Shown piece after piece: positions 1 to 10,088 of a stretch of 64,000 nucleotides of DNA. The position numbers and the translations under genes were made by a program. The notes below the pieces were generated by a model that searched no databases, had not been told where the DNA came from, and saw only the letters and a program-made list of their open reading frames with translations. The stretch spans positions 2,304,001 through 2,368,000 of the forward strand of contig OY969767.1 in the NCBI GenBank assembly GCA_963702895.1. Reading direction: 5' to 3'. Source of the DNA: an uncultured Elusimicrobia bacterium. GTDB lineage: Bacteria > Elusimicrobiota > Elusimicrobia > 2-01-FULL-59-12. How positions within the stretch are numbered: position 1 is the stretch's first letter; every line of letters starts with the position of its first letter.

Positions 1-24
1 CCTAACACCTATGCTCGGATGGCG

Positions 25-666
25 CTATTTGGAGCGGGAAACGACGAATTCGACAGGCGTGGTGACAACAATCGGCGTGGCTTCAGAATAATCTTCTTCC
101 TCTTGCACGATACGACGGCCCGAAAGCTCGAGCTTCTTGAACTCGGGGCTAAAGGCCTCCATGTGCCAATCCACAGGAGCGCCATCGGCAGCCAGAACCG
201 GGAACTCGATCGTGTAGGTTCCGTCCTGGCGCGTGATGCCGCCGCGCGCAAAAGTCTGGTGACCCGAAATCACGCGAATAAGAACGCTGGCCTTGGGACA
301 TGGCACACCGTGATAAGAAGCTTGCCCTTCAAAGCGGTAGGTATAACGGCGCATGGCGACATGGGTGTTGAGGCGCATGCTATTGGGGGATTCAGGAACG
401 GCTTTCGCGATCCGCGCTGCCGGTGTCATCGGCCGAAAAGGTGCAAAGTGCGGGAGCGATGACGGTGGCGTTACCGGCGAGGCAAGTCCGAGAAAAACGA
501 GGAGGAGGCGAACCATATGCCTGGCGAGGTGCTGGGCCGATTGAAGGAGCGTTTGCGAATGTCCAGGTGAACCGACCAGGAAGAGGAGCATCGCCCCGAG
601 CAGGCTCCAAAACTCCCGTCGATCAGCACCGCCTGACGAGGCTCCGTGCTGACTTTTAAACAACAT
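25..666 (-). CDS. Hypothetical exported protein with a beta-sandwich (carboxypeptidase regulatory-like) C-terminal region; start uncertain (666 or 516)
   Basis: ORF 25..720; DRREFW twin-arginine-like motif followed by hydrophobic stretches; C-terminal GGITRQDGTYTIEF pattern. Confidence 0.5.
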   Translation of the reverse strand: MLFKSQHGASSGGADRREFWSLLGAMLLFLVGSPGHSQTLLQSAQHLARHMVRLLLVFLGLASPVTPPSSLPHFAPFRPMTPAARIAKAVPESPNSMRLNTHVAMRRYTYRFEGQASYHGVPCPKASVLIRVISGHQTFARGGITRQDGTYTIEFPVLAADGAPVDWHMEAFSPEFKKLELSGRRIVQEEEDYSEATPIVVTTPVEFVVSRSK

Positions 667-822
667 GCGCGCGTCGAAGTGATTAGGGGCTATCCTCATG
701 GCTATTAAAGGATAGTACACCCAGGTTACGGGAATGTTTCTGGCCTGTTACATCTCTGTAAATCTATTTCGCTGAGGGACGACCCTGGCCATGCAGGGCT
801 ATGATAACTTTGCGCTGATAAA

Positions 823-2784
823 TCAAGCTGAAATCCACTCCCAGGCGGAATGGTGAGCCTCGCAGCGTTCGGCGTATTCCAGAAACCGGGCGTAAAAGGG
901 GTGACGGGCGAGCGTCGTGGAATCTCCCAGAACAATTAAAAGGCGGCGGGCGCGGGTCATGCCGACATTCATCCGACGCGTGTCTCCTAAAAAACCAACT
1001 TCTCCTTTGTCGTTGGAGCGAACGAGCGATAAGATAATGGCTTCTTTTTCCCTCCCCTGGTAACCGTCTATGGATCCAATTTCTATCCCCTCCTCCATCC
1101 CGGCCAACTGCCGCAAGAGCCGGGCCTGAGCGACGTAGGGGGTCAGAAGCGCCATCGATTTGGCTGGCACCCCTGAGCCGCGAAGTTCTTGATAGAGAGA
1201 CAACGCCAAGCGTGCTTCTCCTTCATTCTCTCGACTTTCCAAGAGCTCGTTCCAGGTTTCGTCATAGCCCGCGCCCGCGGTATCGATGAACATCAGGGGT
1301 TTCGACGTGAGGGTCGAGGGGGTAATGCCGGGCAATTCTTCGATGGTGTGATCGCGCACAGACTCGTCCGCCACGAGTTTCCCCTCATAGAGCTGTTGCG
1401 AAGGAAAACCCATGATCGTCTCGTGCATCCGGTATTGCACCCGAAGCAACGTCTGAACCTCTCGGGGGACAAGGCCCTGCAGACGTTCAAAGAGCGTGAG
1501 GCCCAGTCCTTGCTTTTTGGCCTCCTCCGAGTAGATGGTGGGCGGCAGCTGCAGGGAATCCCCCGCAAAGACAACCTTCTTCGCTTGCGTGATGGGGATC
1601 CAGGAGAGCGGTTCGGTGGCTTGCGAGGCTTCATCCATAATCAGGAGATCAAAAGGCTTCTTGGAGAGCGTCTTCGCAAGGCCCCCATGGGTGACGAGCA
1701 CCACATCCGCCGAAGCCACGATCCCTTTGCCGATGCCGTATTCCATATCACGCGCTTCCTGCCAGAGCGCGTTGATCTCTTTTTGCAGGGCGTGACGCTC
1801 ATCCCAACTGAGCCGGCGATCATGCGCGCGCTGGAGCTGCCGAACGAGATGCGCCCGCTGGACGTCCAACTCATCGATGAATTTTTGGTCCGGATGTTCA
1901 GCGACCTGGGCCGAGAGCGTCGCGTGCCGCAAGGAGTCGAGGATGCGGGCGGGGTGGCCCATTCGCACAACCTTAAGATCCGTGTCGAGCAGTTTCTCGA
2001 GCATGTTGTCGACCGCGATGTTCGAAGGGGCGGAGGCGAGGACCCGAGCCCCTCCCGCGATCGCATGACGGATGATTTCCACCAAAACCGTGGTTTTCCC
2101 TGTCCCGGGGGGACCATGCACGAGGGCGACGTCATGGGCGGCCAGGGCTTTCGCGACGGCTTCGCGCTGATACTGATTAAGCTTCTGGTTGAAGTATGTG
2201 CCCTCACCCGCACCAGCAGTTCGCCCTCTCCCGCCTTCGGCGGGAGAGGGTGGGGGTGAGGGCAAATCAAAAGTTGCGGGTTCGGCCCCCATGAAGATTT
2301 CTCTTAAGTGTGCGACTTCCTTCTTCTGAGCATGCTGGACGCTCGCGAGCACCTTCTTCATGCGCTTGTAGGTGGCCTCACTGCCCAGAACGTCCAGCTG
2401 GCATTTCCCTTGTGGCGGGGTCTCGAGGGCGGGAAGGCCCTCCAGCGCGACCGTGATCTCAAATTGGTCGACGTCATAGAGCGTCCCCTTGAACTTGGGC
2501 ACTTCAGGATCCTGGAAAGAGAGACTGACCAGATCTCCCTGGTTGAGTGCCTGAAACGGGGAATACTCCTCCCCATGGGAGGGCCGGGAGAGCACCCAGA
2601 GGACGTGGCTGCCGACGCCGTAGTCCTCGCGTGTGATCACGAGGCGGGTCACGGTCTTGCCCAGCGCCTCGCGTGCTTGCACGGGGAGCTTCTCCAGTTT
2701 TCTCTCGTTTTCCGAGCGCTCGGCTTCCCGTTCGATATCGATGAGCCTCAGAAGCTTTTCAAAATGTTCATCGTGCACGACCAT
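823..2784 (-). CDS. SF1B Upf1-like (IGHMBP2/DNA2-NAM7 family) helicase
   Basis: HGPPGTGKT, SAPSNIAVDN, DEASQ, GDSLQLPP, QYRM, DGYQGREK, NVGMTRAR motifs; in-frame repeat insert at 2199-2264. Confidence 0.92.
   Translation of the reverse strand: MVVHDEHFEKLLRLIDIEREAERSENERKLEKLPVQAREALGKTVTRLVITREDYGVGSHVLWVLSRPSHGEEYSPFQALNQGDLVSLSFQDPEVPKFKGTLYDVDQFEITVALEGLPALETPPQGKCQLDVLGSEATYKRMKKVLASVQHAQKKEVAHLREIFMGAEPATFDLPSPPPSPAEGGRGRTAGAGEGTYFNQKLNQYQREAVAKALAAHDVALVHGPPGTGKTTVLVEIIRHAIAGGARVLASAPSNIAVDNMLEKLLDTDLKVVRMGHPARILDSLRHATLSAQVAEHPDQKFIDELDVQRAHLVRQLQRAHDRRLSWDERHALQKEINALWQEARDMEYGIGKGIVASADVVLVTHGGLAKTLSKKPFDLLIMDEASQATEPLSWIPITQAKKVVFAGDSLQLPPTIYSEEAKKQGLGLTLFERLQGLVPREVQTLLRVQYRMHETIMGFPSQQLYEGKLVADESVRDHTIEELPGITPSTLTSKPLMFIDTAGAGYDETWNELLESRENEGEARLALSLYQELRGSGVPAKSMALLTPYVAQARLLRQLAGMEEGIEIGSIDGYQGREKEAIILSLVRSNDKGEVGFLGDTRRMNVGMTRARRLLIVLGDSTTLARHPFYARFLEYAERCEAHHSAWEWISA
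2199..2264. repeat. Palindromic repeat family A (CCCTCACCC / CCCTCTCCC..GGGAGAGGG), in frame within the helicase
   Basis: Outer stem tgccctcaccc/gggtgagggca, inner stem ccctctcccgcc/ggcgggagaggg; 66 bp = 22 codons. Confidence 0.85.
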
Positions 2785-2797
2785 ATCTTACCAGACT

Positions 2798-2833
2798 CGT
2801 CCGACGTGCGACGTCCGACGTCGGACGTCGGAC
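2798..2833. repeat. Heptamer (GTCCGAC-type) inverted array, family C
   Basis: 27 nt cgtccgacgtgcgacgtccgacgtcgg identical to 22459-22485. Confidence 0.85.
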
Positions 2834-2910
2834 CCGCCACACTGCTGGCGGGCGCCTGTTGTGTGGCGCCTCGGACGCATGGACCCAAATAATCCGATAA
2901 GCCACCCCTG

Positions 2911-2946
2911 ACGTCATCCCCCGCGGCCGTCAGCGGGGGATCCATC
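2911..2946. repeat. Half copy of palindromic repeat family B
   Basis: cgtcatcccccgc..cgtcagcgggggatccat resembles the left half of 62385-62469. Confidence 0.65.
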
Positions 2947-3129
2947 GACGGCCTTGGTGTAGGTGTTGGTGGCGGGATCGAAGACGAAGGGTTTCACTTA
3001 TTGGGTGAAAAATGAGGGGTCAACACAGGAGGCTTTGAAAAAGGGTGCAGCGCGTGATTTTACAGCGACGCGCAGAGGCAATAAAATACCTCGCAAGCCA
3101 GAGTGGAATCTGAACTGCGAGGTGCTTTT

Positions 3130-4449
3130 ATGTTACTGAAGAACTTGGACGTATACAAGGTCTCGACGACGGATCAAGCGGTGACGAGTTTTGCAGGGCT
3201 GCCGTTGTTGTTGGGGACGGCACGGAGCCTGGGGTTGGAGGAGCGGCTCAATGCGCTGCCGGTGAAGGAGCGGGCGCGGGGATACGATCCTGCCGAGAGT
3301 ATTTTGGGGTTGATGGGATCGATCCAGGCGGGCGGGGAAGCGCTCGAAGACATCGGGCTGCTGCAAGGGGACGAGGGGATACGGCGCTTGCTGGGGGATT
3401 TTCCGGCAGCGAACACGTTGGGCGAATTTCTTCGGCGTTTTGGGCGCAAGACGATTCATGGGTTGGGATGGGTCCAGCTCAAGACGGCGGCGAAGGTGAT
3501 CCGGGCCTGCGAGCTGTCTATTGTGACGATCGATATCGACGCTTATTTTTTGGAGTCACAGAAGGAAGGCGTCTTGATGAATTACGATGGACTGGAAGGG
3601 TATTGTCCGGTGATGGTCAGTTGCGCGGAGCTGAAGATGCCGCTGGCCGGGGCGTTTCGGGCAGGCAATGCGAGCCCGATGGCGAACCTGGCGAGTTTGT
3701 TGCGGCGGGTCTTGCGGCAGTTTTCCGGTTTGCGGATGAGGGCGCGCTCAGACAGCGCGGGGTATCAGGCGAAGGTGGTTCGGGAATTGGATCGGGCCGG
3801 GGTGGACTTCACCATCACGGCGCGCAAGGATGATGCCGTTTTGGAAGCGATTCGGTCGATTCCGGAGAAGGCCTGGAAGAAGTACAACTCGCCGGTCTAT
3901 CCCCATAAGGGATCTGAGATTGCCGAGACGGTGCATGCTTTTGGGGAGGCGGACAAGGATATCGCCGCATTTCGGTTGGTCGTGGTGCGCTGGCAGCAGG
4001 AGCCGCAAGGCGAGCTTTTCGATAAGGAGCACTTTGAATACCATGCGGTGGCGACGCGGTTCACATGGGAACCGGGATTGGTTCTGCAATTTCACCGTAA
4101 CCGGCAGGATGGGTCGGAGAACGTGAACCGGGAGATGAAGAGCGAGGGTGGGTTTGGATTATCCAAGCTGCCGTGCCGGGATTTTATGGCCAATGCCGCC
4201 TATTTCCAGATCGCGATGTTGGCGTCGGTGGTCACGGCAGCCTTCAAGCATTTGGTTCTGCCGAAAGCCTGGCAGAGCTTCACGATCCAGACGCTGCGGC
4301 ACCGGCTGATCCGCTTGGCCGGGACAGTGTGCCGGAAGTCGCGCTATCTGTGGTTAAAGATTCCGGAAAACTACCCGTTCCGGCGGGTTTTTGAAGAGGC
4401 GCGCTATGGCGTGTTGGGGCTGTCTGTGGTGATCGCGTCTACCGGTTGA
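3130..4449 (+). mobile_element. IS1380-family DDE transposase (element ends not resolved)
   Basis: VTSFAGL, TIDID, RSDSAGY, HRNR..SENVNREMK, LPCRDFMANAAY, TLRHRLIRLAG motifs; the SD (gaggtg) lies in a hairpin at 3088-3123. Confidence 0.9.
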
Positions 4450-4713
4450 TTGACGGGACGGCGACACCGAAGGCATCGACGGAGGGAAAGAACCGAACAG
4501 AGGGTCGGAGCGGCGAAAACTGCCGCAAAAGGCCGACAATTGATCAGACGGTAGTCTGAACCGCCTCCGAGGGAAGCCAAGGGTACCCGAAGCAGGCGAG
4601 AAACCTGGTCGCCGCGGCGACCGAGCGGTGAAAAATTGGGACCTATGTGTGGCCTACGTCAAAACGCAGCGCTGCAGAAAATTACCGGAGCTTTTGGGGC
4701 ATGGAAAAAACCG

Positions 4714-4741
4714 TTGCAATCGACCTTTTATGTAGTATCCT
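4714..4741 (+). promoter_or_regulatory. Putative sigma70 promoter for the cold-shock gene
   Basis: TTGCAA-N16-TATCCT about 90 nt upstream of the start, consistent with long csp leaders. Confidence 0.45.
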
Positions 4742-4831
4742 TACGGCGGTGCGTCGCAATTGCTGCCACCCCGGAACGCCTGTCTGCAGACGGGCTGACG
4801 GAATCTAAAAACAGTAGAGGTACATAAACAA

Positions 4832-5038
4832 GTGAGTACAAAAGGTAAAGTGAAGTGGTTCAATGATGCAAAAGGGTTTGGTTTCATAACCCCTGAAGAT
4901 GGGTCAGCGGACGTGTTCGTGCACTTCTCCGCGATTCAGGCTGAAGGATTCAAGAGCCTCGCCGAGAATGACACGGTCGAATTCGATATCGTGCCATCCG
5001 ATAAAGGACCCAAAGCCGCAAACGTGAAGAAAGCCTAA
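4832..5038 (+). CDS. cspA: Cold-shock protein (CspA family)
   Basis: [15 protein letters not shown] and [12 protein letters not shown] motifs; the exact csp paralogue is not determinable. Confidence 0.95.
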   Translation: MSTKGKVKWFNDAKGFGFITPEDGSADVFVHFSAIQAEGFKSLAENDTVEFDIVPSDKGPKAANVKKA

Positions 5039-5067
5039 AAACACACTTCCGCTACGGCACAACAGAG

Positions 5068-5093
5068 ACCCCGGGACAACCTCCCGGGGTTTT
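5068..5093 (+). terminator. Intrinsic terminator after csp
   Basis: accccggga-caacc-tcccggggt followed by ttt. Confidence 0.75.
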
Positions 5094-5101
5094 CTGCGTC
5101 C

Positions 5102-5184
5102 AGGGGACGTTCCTCACGATCTCACGGTGTTGAACATCTGGTGCCGGTGCCCGCAACACCGTGAGATCGTGAGGAACGTCCCCT
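5102..5184. repeat. Long perfect hairpin, family D (GGGGACGTTCC ends)
   Basis: 31-bp perfect inverted repeat (5102-5132 / 5154-5184) with a 21-nt loop. Confidence 0.9.
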
Positions 5185-6418
5185 AGACGTTGCGGCGAAA
5201 GTGGGAGAAGAGGAGCTTTCGAAAGTCCGCGGACACACCCAAGAGAAGAACAAACACGCTCAAGGTCAAGGCCCCGACGGTGAAGAGGACTTGGGCGGGA
5301 TTGAGATGGAGAAGGCTGCTCATGATCCACAGGGCGCCGCTCGCCCAAAGGATGGCGGCAAAGGAAACGAAATTCTGGGTGGCCAGGACCCTGGCGCGCT
5401 CGCCCGGAGGACTCCGCCACTGGATCATGGCGTTCAAGGGGATTTCGTAAAAACCTCCGCTCATGCCCAGCATGAAACAATCGAACAGCGTTCTCGTATA
5501 GGACGGATAGGACCAAAGGAGGTCCATCGCGAAAAGCCCCATACCGAACGCCCCCACCGGGACCCATTTCAAGTCAATCCCCTCCCGCGACCACCGCCCC
5601 GCCAAATAACTCCCCAAGGCAATGCCGACGGTGACCGAAACCAGGAGCGATCCCGACACTTGAGGGGTGGCATTCATCATTTCTTTGGCATAGAGGAAGA
5701 TCACGAGCTGCAACAGCGCTCCCATAAACCAGAAATAGTTCACCGCAATGAGCCCCAGCTTCAAGGCTCTATCTTGACAGATCAAACTCCAATTGGCCCA
5801 CAAATCCTTGAGGGGGTTCCAGGCCCAGGGCTCCTCCGGTTTGGCCGCCGGCAGGGGAGTGATAAAAAGACTTCCCAAGAGCCCCCCGACGCTCCCTGCA
5901 ATGAGCAACGCGCTCGCGACAGGAAGGTGCGTGGAAAGGAAACTCCCGGCGACGGTCCCGCCGAGAATCGCGACAAACGTCGCCATGTTGAGGATCCCGT
6001 TCCCGTAAGAAAGCTCACGCTCGCCCATGAGCTCAGGCATGATCCCGTATTTGGCCGGGCTAAAAAAAGCCGCCTGCATCGAAAGACAAAAAAGAGAGAT
6101 CATCATCCAGGGGATATGCTTCGACAAGAGGCTCACGGTCGCCACGGACACCACCACGAGTTGCCAGATCTGGACCCCGTAAATCACGCGCGGCTTACCG
6201 ATCCGGTCCGAAAGGCGTCCGGCCATCATGGAAAAGAGGAGAAACGGGGCCACAAAAACTGCGCCGCACAAGTTCACCATGGCCGAGCGCTGATCCGGAT
6301 CATCGATCAGCTCGACGATGAGAAGCGTCACGAGTATTTTGAGCAGGTTGTCGTTAAACGCCCCAAAGAACTGGGTGACGATGAGCGCCCAAAATGATTT
6401 CTTCTGAATTTTTTCCAT
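5183..6418 (-). CDS. MFS transporter, LplT/Aas-type lysophospholipid transporter
   Basis: TQFFGAFNDN, GRLSDRIGK, AFFSPAKYGIMPE; about 12 hydrophobic segments; paralogue of the Aas N-terminus. Confidence 0.88.
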   Translation of the reverse strand: MEKIQKKSFWALIVTQFFGAFNDNLLKILVTLLIVELIDDPDQRSAMVNLCGAVFVAPFLLFSMMAGRLSDRIGKPRVIYGVQIWQLVVVSVATVSLLSKHIPWMMISLFCLSMQAAFFSPAKYGIMPELMGERELSYGNGILNMATFVAILGGTVAGSFLSTHLPVASALLIAGSVGGLLGSLFITPLPAAKPEEPWAWNPLKDLWANWSLICQDRALKLGLIAVNYFWFMGALLQLVIFLYAKEMMNATPQVSGSLLVSVTVGIALGSYLAGRWSREGIDLKWVPVGAFGMGLFAMDLLWSYPSYTRTLFDCFMLGMSGGFYEIPLNAMIQWRSPPGERARVLATQNFVSFAAILWASGALWIMSSLLHLNPAQVLFTVGALTLSVFVLLLGVSADFRKLLFSHFRRNV

Positions 6419-6452
6419 GTCCAGCGGCTTCGGGGTGTACTGTACTCCTTTT

Positions 6453-9400
6453 TTAAACCTTCGCGCCAGCGGGCGGCGGGAAATGTTCCCTTGCGAAGAA
6501 GCGGACTTTCGCTAAATCGAGCTTCCCCGTCCCCAAATACGGCAGGCTCTCGATCGTAACGAATCGGTCTTTGGCGGGGACCCATAATTTCGGGAGCTCA
6601 CTCTGGTTCAACTTCTCCCATAGATCCTCGAACGACCCCTCGTAGCCCGCACCGAGCACGACGAGTTGTTCCCCCTTCTTTTCATCGGGGACCGCCGTGA
6701 CAACAAAGGTGGGATCGGTCCGGCCGGCCACGGCGTGGAGCTTTTCCTCGACCAGCACATGCGGCACCATCTCGCCCGCGATTTTGGAAAAGCGGCTCAA
6801 GCGGTCCGTGATCTGAATAAATCCGTCTTGGTCGATGGAGGCAATATCGCCCGTCACGTACCAGCCGTCGCGCATGACCTCGCGTGTCTTCTCCGGGTCC
6901 TTCCAATAGCCCTGCATCACGTTGGGGCCTTTGACGAGCAACAGACCCGCTTGCCCTTGCGGGAGGAGTTGGAACGTTTCAGGATCCACAACGCGCACGG
7001 AGACGCCGGGAATGGGATGTCCGATTTTCCCCGGTTTACGTCCCACTTGAACGACCTCTCCCATCGACACATCGGGAATGTTCGCGCTCACGACGGGCGA
7101 AAGCTCGGTACAACCATAACCTTCCAGCGGCGCCTTGCCGAACTTTTCCTCAAAGGCTTTGGCGATCGCCTCGCGCAAGCGCTCGGCGCCCGTGATCACA
7201 AACCGAAGGGATTGGAACTGCTCCGGCGCGCATTTGCGGATGTAGGCCGCGAGAAACGTCGGGGTCGCCATCAGCATGGTGGCCTTGTGCTTGTGGGTGA
7301 GCTCTCCCACCGTTTTGGCATCCAGGGGATTCGTGTGATAAACCGCGCTGAAGCCATGGACCAAGGGAAACCACAAGGTGGCCGTAAACCCGAAGGAATG
7401 AAAGAAGGGCAGAACACCCAGGATGCGGTCTTTTTTCCCGAGGTCGAAGACCTGCGCCAGCCCCAGGATGTTCGACAAGATGTTGGAATGCGAAAGCGTC
7501 ACCCCCTTGGGGATGCCGGTGGATCCGCTGGAAAACAGAATGGCGGCGGTGGCCGAAAGGGGAACGTTCGCCGCGGCCCCCCAGCGCTTCATCAGGACAG
7601 CCCTTGGCAGGAGAGACAACAGAACACGCTCCAACACCACCTGCCATTTGGGGAGGGTCGCCAAGAGGTCCTCGAGATAAATCATCTCCGGCTTGGCCGG
7701 CAGCGCTGTTTTCTCGAGAAGCTTGCGGCTCGTGAGGACCCGTGTGATCTCGGCCTTCTTGATACATTGCGCCAGGACTTCGGGCCCCGCCGTGTAGTTC
7801 AAGTTGACGGCAATTCGTCCCAGAAGCGAAACCGCGACGTTGGCCAGCGCCCCGCCGACAGAAGGCGGCAGCATGATGCCGACACAGGTTCCTACAACAT
7901 CGTCATTCCGGCGAAAGCCGGAATCCAGCACATTGGCCTGGACCCCGGCTTCCGCCGGGGTGACGTCTTGGGGAGGGGTTTCGCTTGGCTGTAAAAGAAG
8001 TTTTTTTAATTGTCTCGCCAATATAACGCTTGCTGCTGCGAGCTGTCCGAAGGAAAGCTTTTTTCCGGTGGAATCAGCGACCGCCATCAGGGTCGGATGA
8101 CGTTTGGCCCTCCGCAAGAATTCGAGGGGCAGCGATTTCGTTTCTTCCATACGGTGAACAAAGGACTCCGCACCCAGGTCGAGGACGGCATGGCGCACGT
8201 CCTCGGCACTCACGGGCGGCTTGATCGGCTGACCAAAGGTGAGCGTCACGGGGTAGGGAATGCGTCGCGGTTTCTTCCAGAGGACGGATCCCCGCTCAAA
8301 GCTGAAGATGCTCCCCCACACGCGGTCCAGGAACACGGGAATGACCGGGACGTCCAGACCTTTCACGATCACTTCGAAGCCGCGCTTAAATTCCAGCAGG
8401 TTCCCGGTCCGGCTGATTTCCCCTTCCGCAAAGATGCAGACCAGGTGCCCTTCCTCCAAGGCTTTGCGCGCCGTCATCAAGGAGCGCAGGATTTCCCTGG
8501 GCGGGTCAGTCTCCGAAATGGGAATGGCGTTCATCGTTTTCACAAGCCAATGAAGGCGCGGGTCGTCGTAATAGGTGCGCCACATCACAAAACGTACGAG
8601 GCGCGGCAGCGCCGCCCCCACAAGAAACCCGTCAGCCAGCGAGAGGTGGTTCACGACGAGGAGCGCCGGCCCTTTTACGGGAACATGATTCAGGCCACTC
8701 ACCCGGATGCGGTAGATGGTGTTCGTGAGCACGTAAAGGACAAGCCGCAAAAGCGAGTCCGGAACGTACCGGCAAACGGCATAGGTTTCCAGGAGCGCCA
8801 GAACACCCAGAGCGAGAAAGACCTGGGCCGAATCGAGATGGAAGACTTTTCCGAATACCCAGAGCGCCAGGGCCGCCAGGGCAATGGCGACAAAGCTCAG
8901 GAAATTCGTCATGGCCATGACCCGGCCGCGTTCGGCCGCGGGGCTGCGCCACTGGATGAGTGACACAAGAGGAATATAGTAGAGGCCGGCAAAGGCCCCC
9001 AGCATGAAGAAGTCCACAAAGGTCCGGGGCACGGAGGCATGGGCCCAGAAGAGATCCGCCGCGAAAATACTCATCCCCAGGGAGCCAACGGGGACAAGTC
9101 CCACTTCCACTTTCTCTTTGGAAAGACGCGCCGCCAGATAGCTCCCCGCTCCGACGCCCACGGCGATCACCACGATCAGGTAACCGGTTGTTTCGGGTGA
9201 GGCCTTCATGATGTCTTTCACATAGAGGAAGATGTTGGTCTGAAAGGCCGCCCCCATAAACCAGAAAAAGTTCACGGCAATGACGGAAAGATAAAGCGCG
9301 CGGTCCGTACGCAAAAGCGCCCAATTGGAAACGAGGTCGGACAAGGGGTTCCACACCATCGGGGACTGGGGCTTCGCGGCAGGAAGCGGTCTCATGAAGA

Positions 9401-9950
9401 GACTGGCGATGAGTCCCAGAACAGCTGTAGCTCCCATCAGGGCCGCGGCTGTCATGCGCTGGGCCGCGAGATGACTGGCCACAAGCGTCCCGATGAGAAT
9501 GGCGGAGAAGGTGCCGATGTTCACCCAGGCGTTGCCGAGCGAGAGTTCCGACTCTTCCATCATTTCAGGCAAGATGCCGTACTTGGCCGGCCCAAAGAAA
9601 GTCGCCTGCATCGATAGCACAAAGAGACAAAGGAGCATCATCGGAATGCTTTTTTGCCAAAGGGCGACCGCGGCGGCCGCCATGACCAGGAGTTCCCAGA
9701 CTTTGGTCGCCACGATGAGTTTGGGCTTGGGGAGACGGTCCGCCAGGCGCCCGGCGACCATGGAGAAGAGGATAAAAGGGGCGGCAAAGATCGCGGTCCC
9801 CAAGGAGACGAGCTGGCTGCGCGCATCAGGGTCTGCCACCCACTCCACGACGAGCAGGCTGATCAGGACTTTGAGAACATTGTCATTGAACGCCCCGAAG
9901 AACTGGGTGACGATCAGCGCCCAAAACGATCGATTGTTATTCTCATTCAT
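6453..9950 (-). CDS. aas: Acyl-[ACP]--phospholipid O-acyltransferase / acyl-ACP synthetase with N-terminal MFS domain
   Basis: MFS domain + NHLSLAD acyltransferase motif + FSSGSTGIPKG, GYGCTE and TGD AMP-binding motifs. Confidence 0.92.
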   Translation of the reverse strand: MNENNNRSFWALIVTQFFGAFNDNVLKVLISLLVVEWVADPDARSQLVSLGTAIFAAPFILFSMVAGRLADRLPKPKLIVATKVWELLVMAAAAVALWQKSIPMMLLCLFVLSMQATFFGPAKYGILPEMMEESELSLGNAWVNIGTFSAILIGTLVASHLAAQRMTAAALMGATAVLGLIASLFMRPLPAAKPQSPMVWNPLSDLVSNWALLRTDRALYLSVIAVNFFWFMGAAFQTNIFLYVKDIMKASPETTGYLIVVIAVGVGAGSYLAARLSKEKVEVGLVPVGSLGMSIFAADLFWAHASVPRTFVDFFMLGAFAGLYYIPLVSLIQWRSPAAERGRVMAMTNFLSFVAIALAALALWVFGKVFHLDSAQVFLALGVLALLETYAVCRYVPDSLLRLVLYVLTNTIYRIRVSGLNHVPVKGPALLVVNHLSLADGFLVGAALPRLVRFVMWRTYYDDPRLHWLVKTMNAIPISETDPPREILRSLMTARKALEEGHLVCIFAEGEISRTGNLLEFKRGFEVIVKGLDVPVIPVFLDRVWGSIFSFERGSVLWKKPRRIPYPVTLTFGQPIKPPVSAEDVRHAVLDLGAESFVHRMEETKSLPLEFLRRAKRHPTLMAVADSTGKKLSFGQLAAASVILARQLKKLLLQPSETPPQDVTPAEAGVQANVLDSGFRRNDDVVGTCVGIMLPPSVGGALANVAVSLLGRIAVNLNYTAGPEVLAQCIKKAEITRVLTSRKLLEKTALPAKPEMIYLEDLLATLPKWQVVLERVLLSLLPRAVLMKRWGAAANVPLSATAAILFSSGSTGIPKGVTLSHSNILSNILGLAQVFDLGKKDRILGVLPFFHSFGFTATLWFPLVHGFSAVYHTNPLDAKTVGELTHKHKATMLMATPTFLAAYIRKCAPEQFQSLRFVITGAERLREAIAKAFEEKFGKAPLEGYGCTELSPVVSANIPDVSMGEVVQVGRKPGKIGHPIPGVSVRVVDPETFQLLPQGQAGLLLVKGPNVMQGYWKDPEKTREVMRDGWYVTGDIASIDQDGFIQITDRLSRFSKIAGEMVPHVLVEEKLHAVAGRTDPTFVVTAVPDEKKGEQLVVLGAGYEGSFEDLWEKLNQSELPKLWVPAKDRFVTIESLPYLGTGKLDLAKVRFFAREHFPPPAGAKV
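7901..7965. repeat. Palindromic repeat family B, in frame within aas
   Basis: gtcattccggcgaaagccggaatcca..tggaccccggcttccgccggggtgac; translated as VTPAEAGVQANVLDSGFRRND. Confidence 0.85.
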
Positions 9951-9968
9951 AGTTTCGCACTCTTACTT

Positions 9969-10085
9969 TCTCCCCTCTCCCGCGGACCGCGGGAGAGGGC
10001 GGTCGCCACACTTCTGGTGACTGGGTGAGGGCACAGCCTTGCCCTCATCCCAACCTTCTCCCGTCGCAAGCGCCGGGAGAAGGAG
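9969..10085. repeat. Palindromic repeat family A, intergenic full copy
   Basis: Reverse complement aligns along its length with 11935-12047. Confidence 0.88.
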
Positions 10086-10088
10086 TAT

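Noticed and set aside
1189..2259. Long antisense ORFs here and at 5201-6397, 6666-7994, 27039-28619, 34506-35600 and 54481-55563
   Set aside because: Expected shadows of high-GC genes on the opposite strand
2890..4700. IS1380 terminal inverted repeats and TSD
   Set aside because: Only 6-8 bp partial matches and no flanking duplication found by eye
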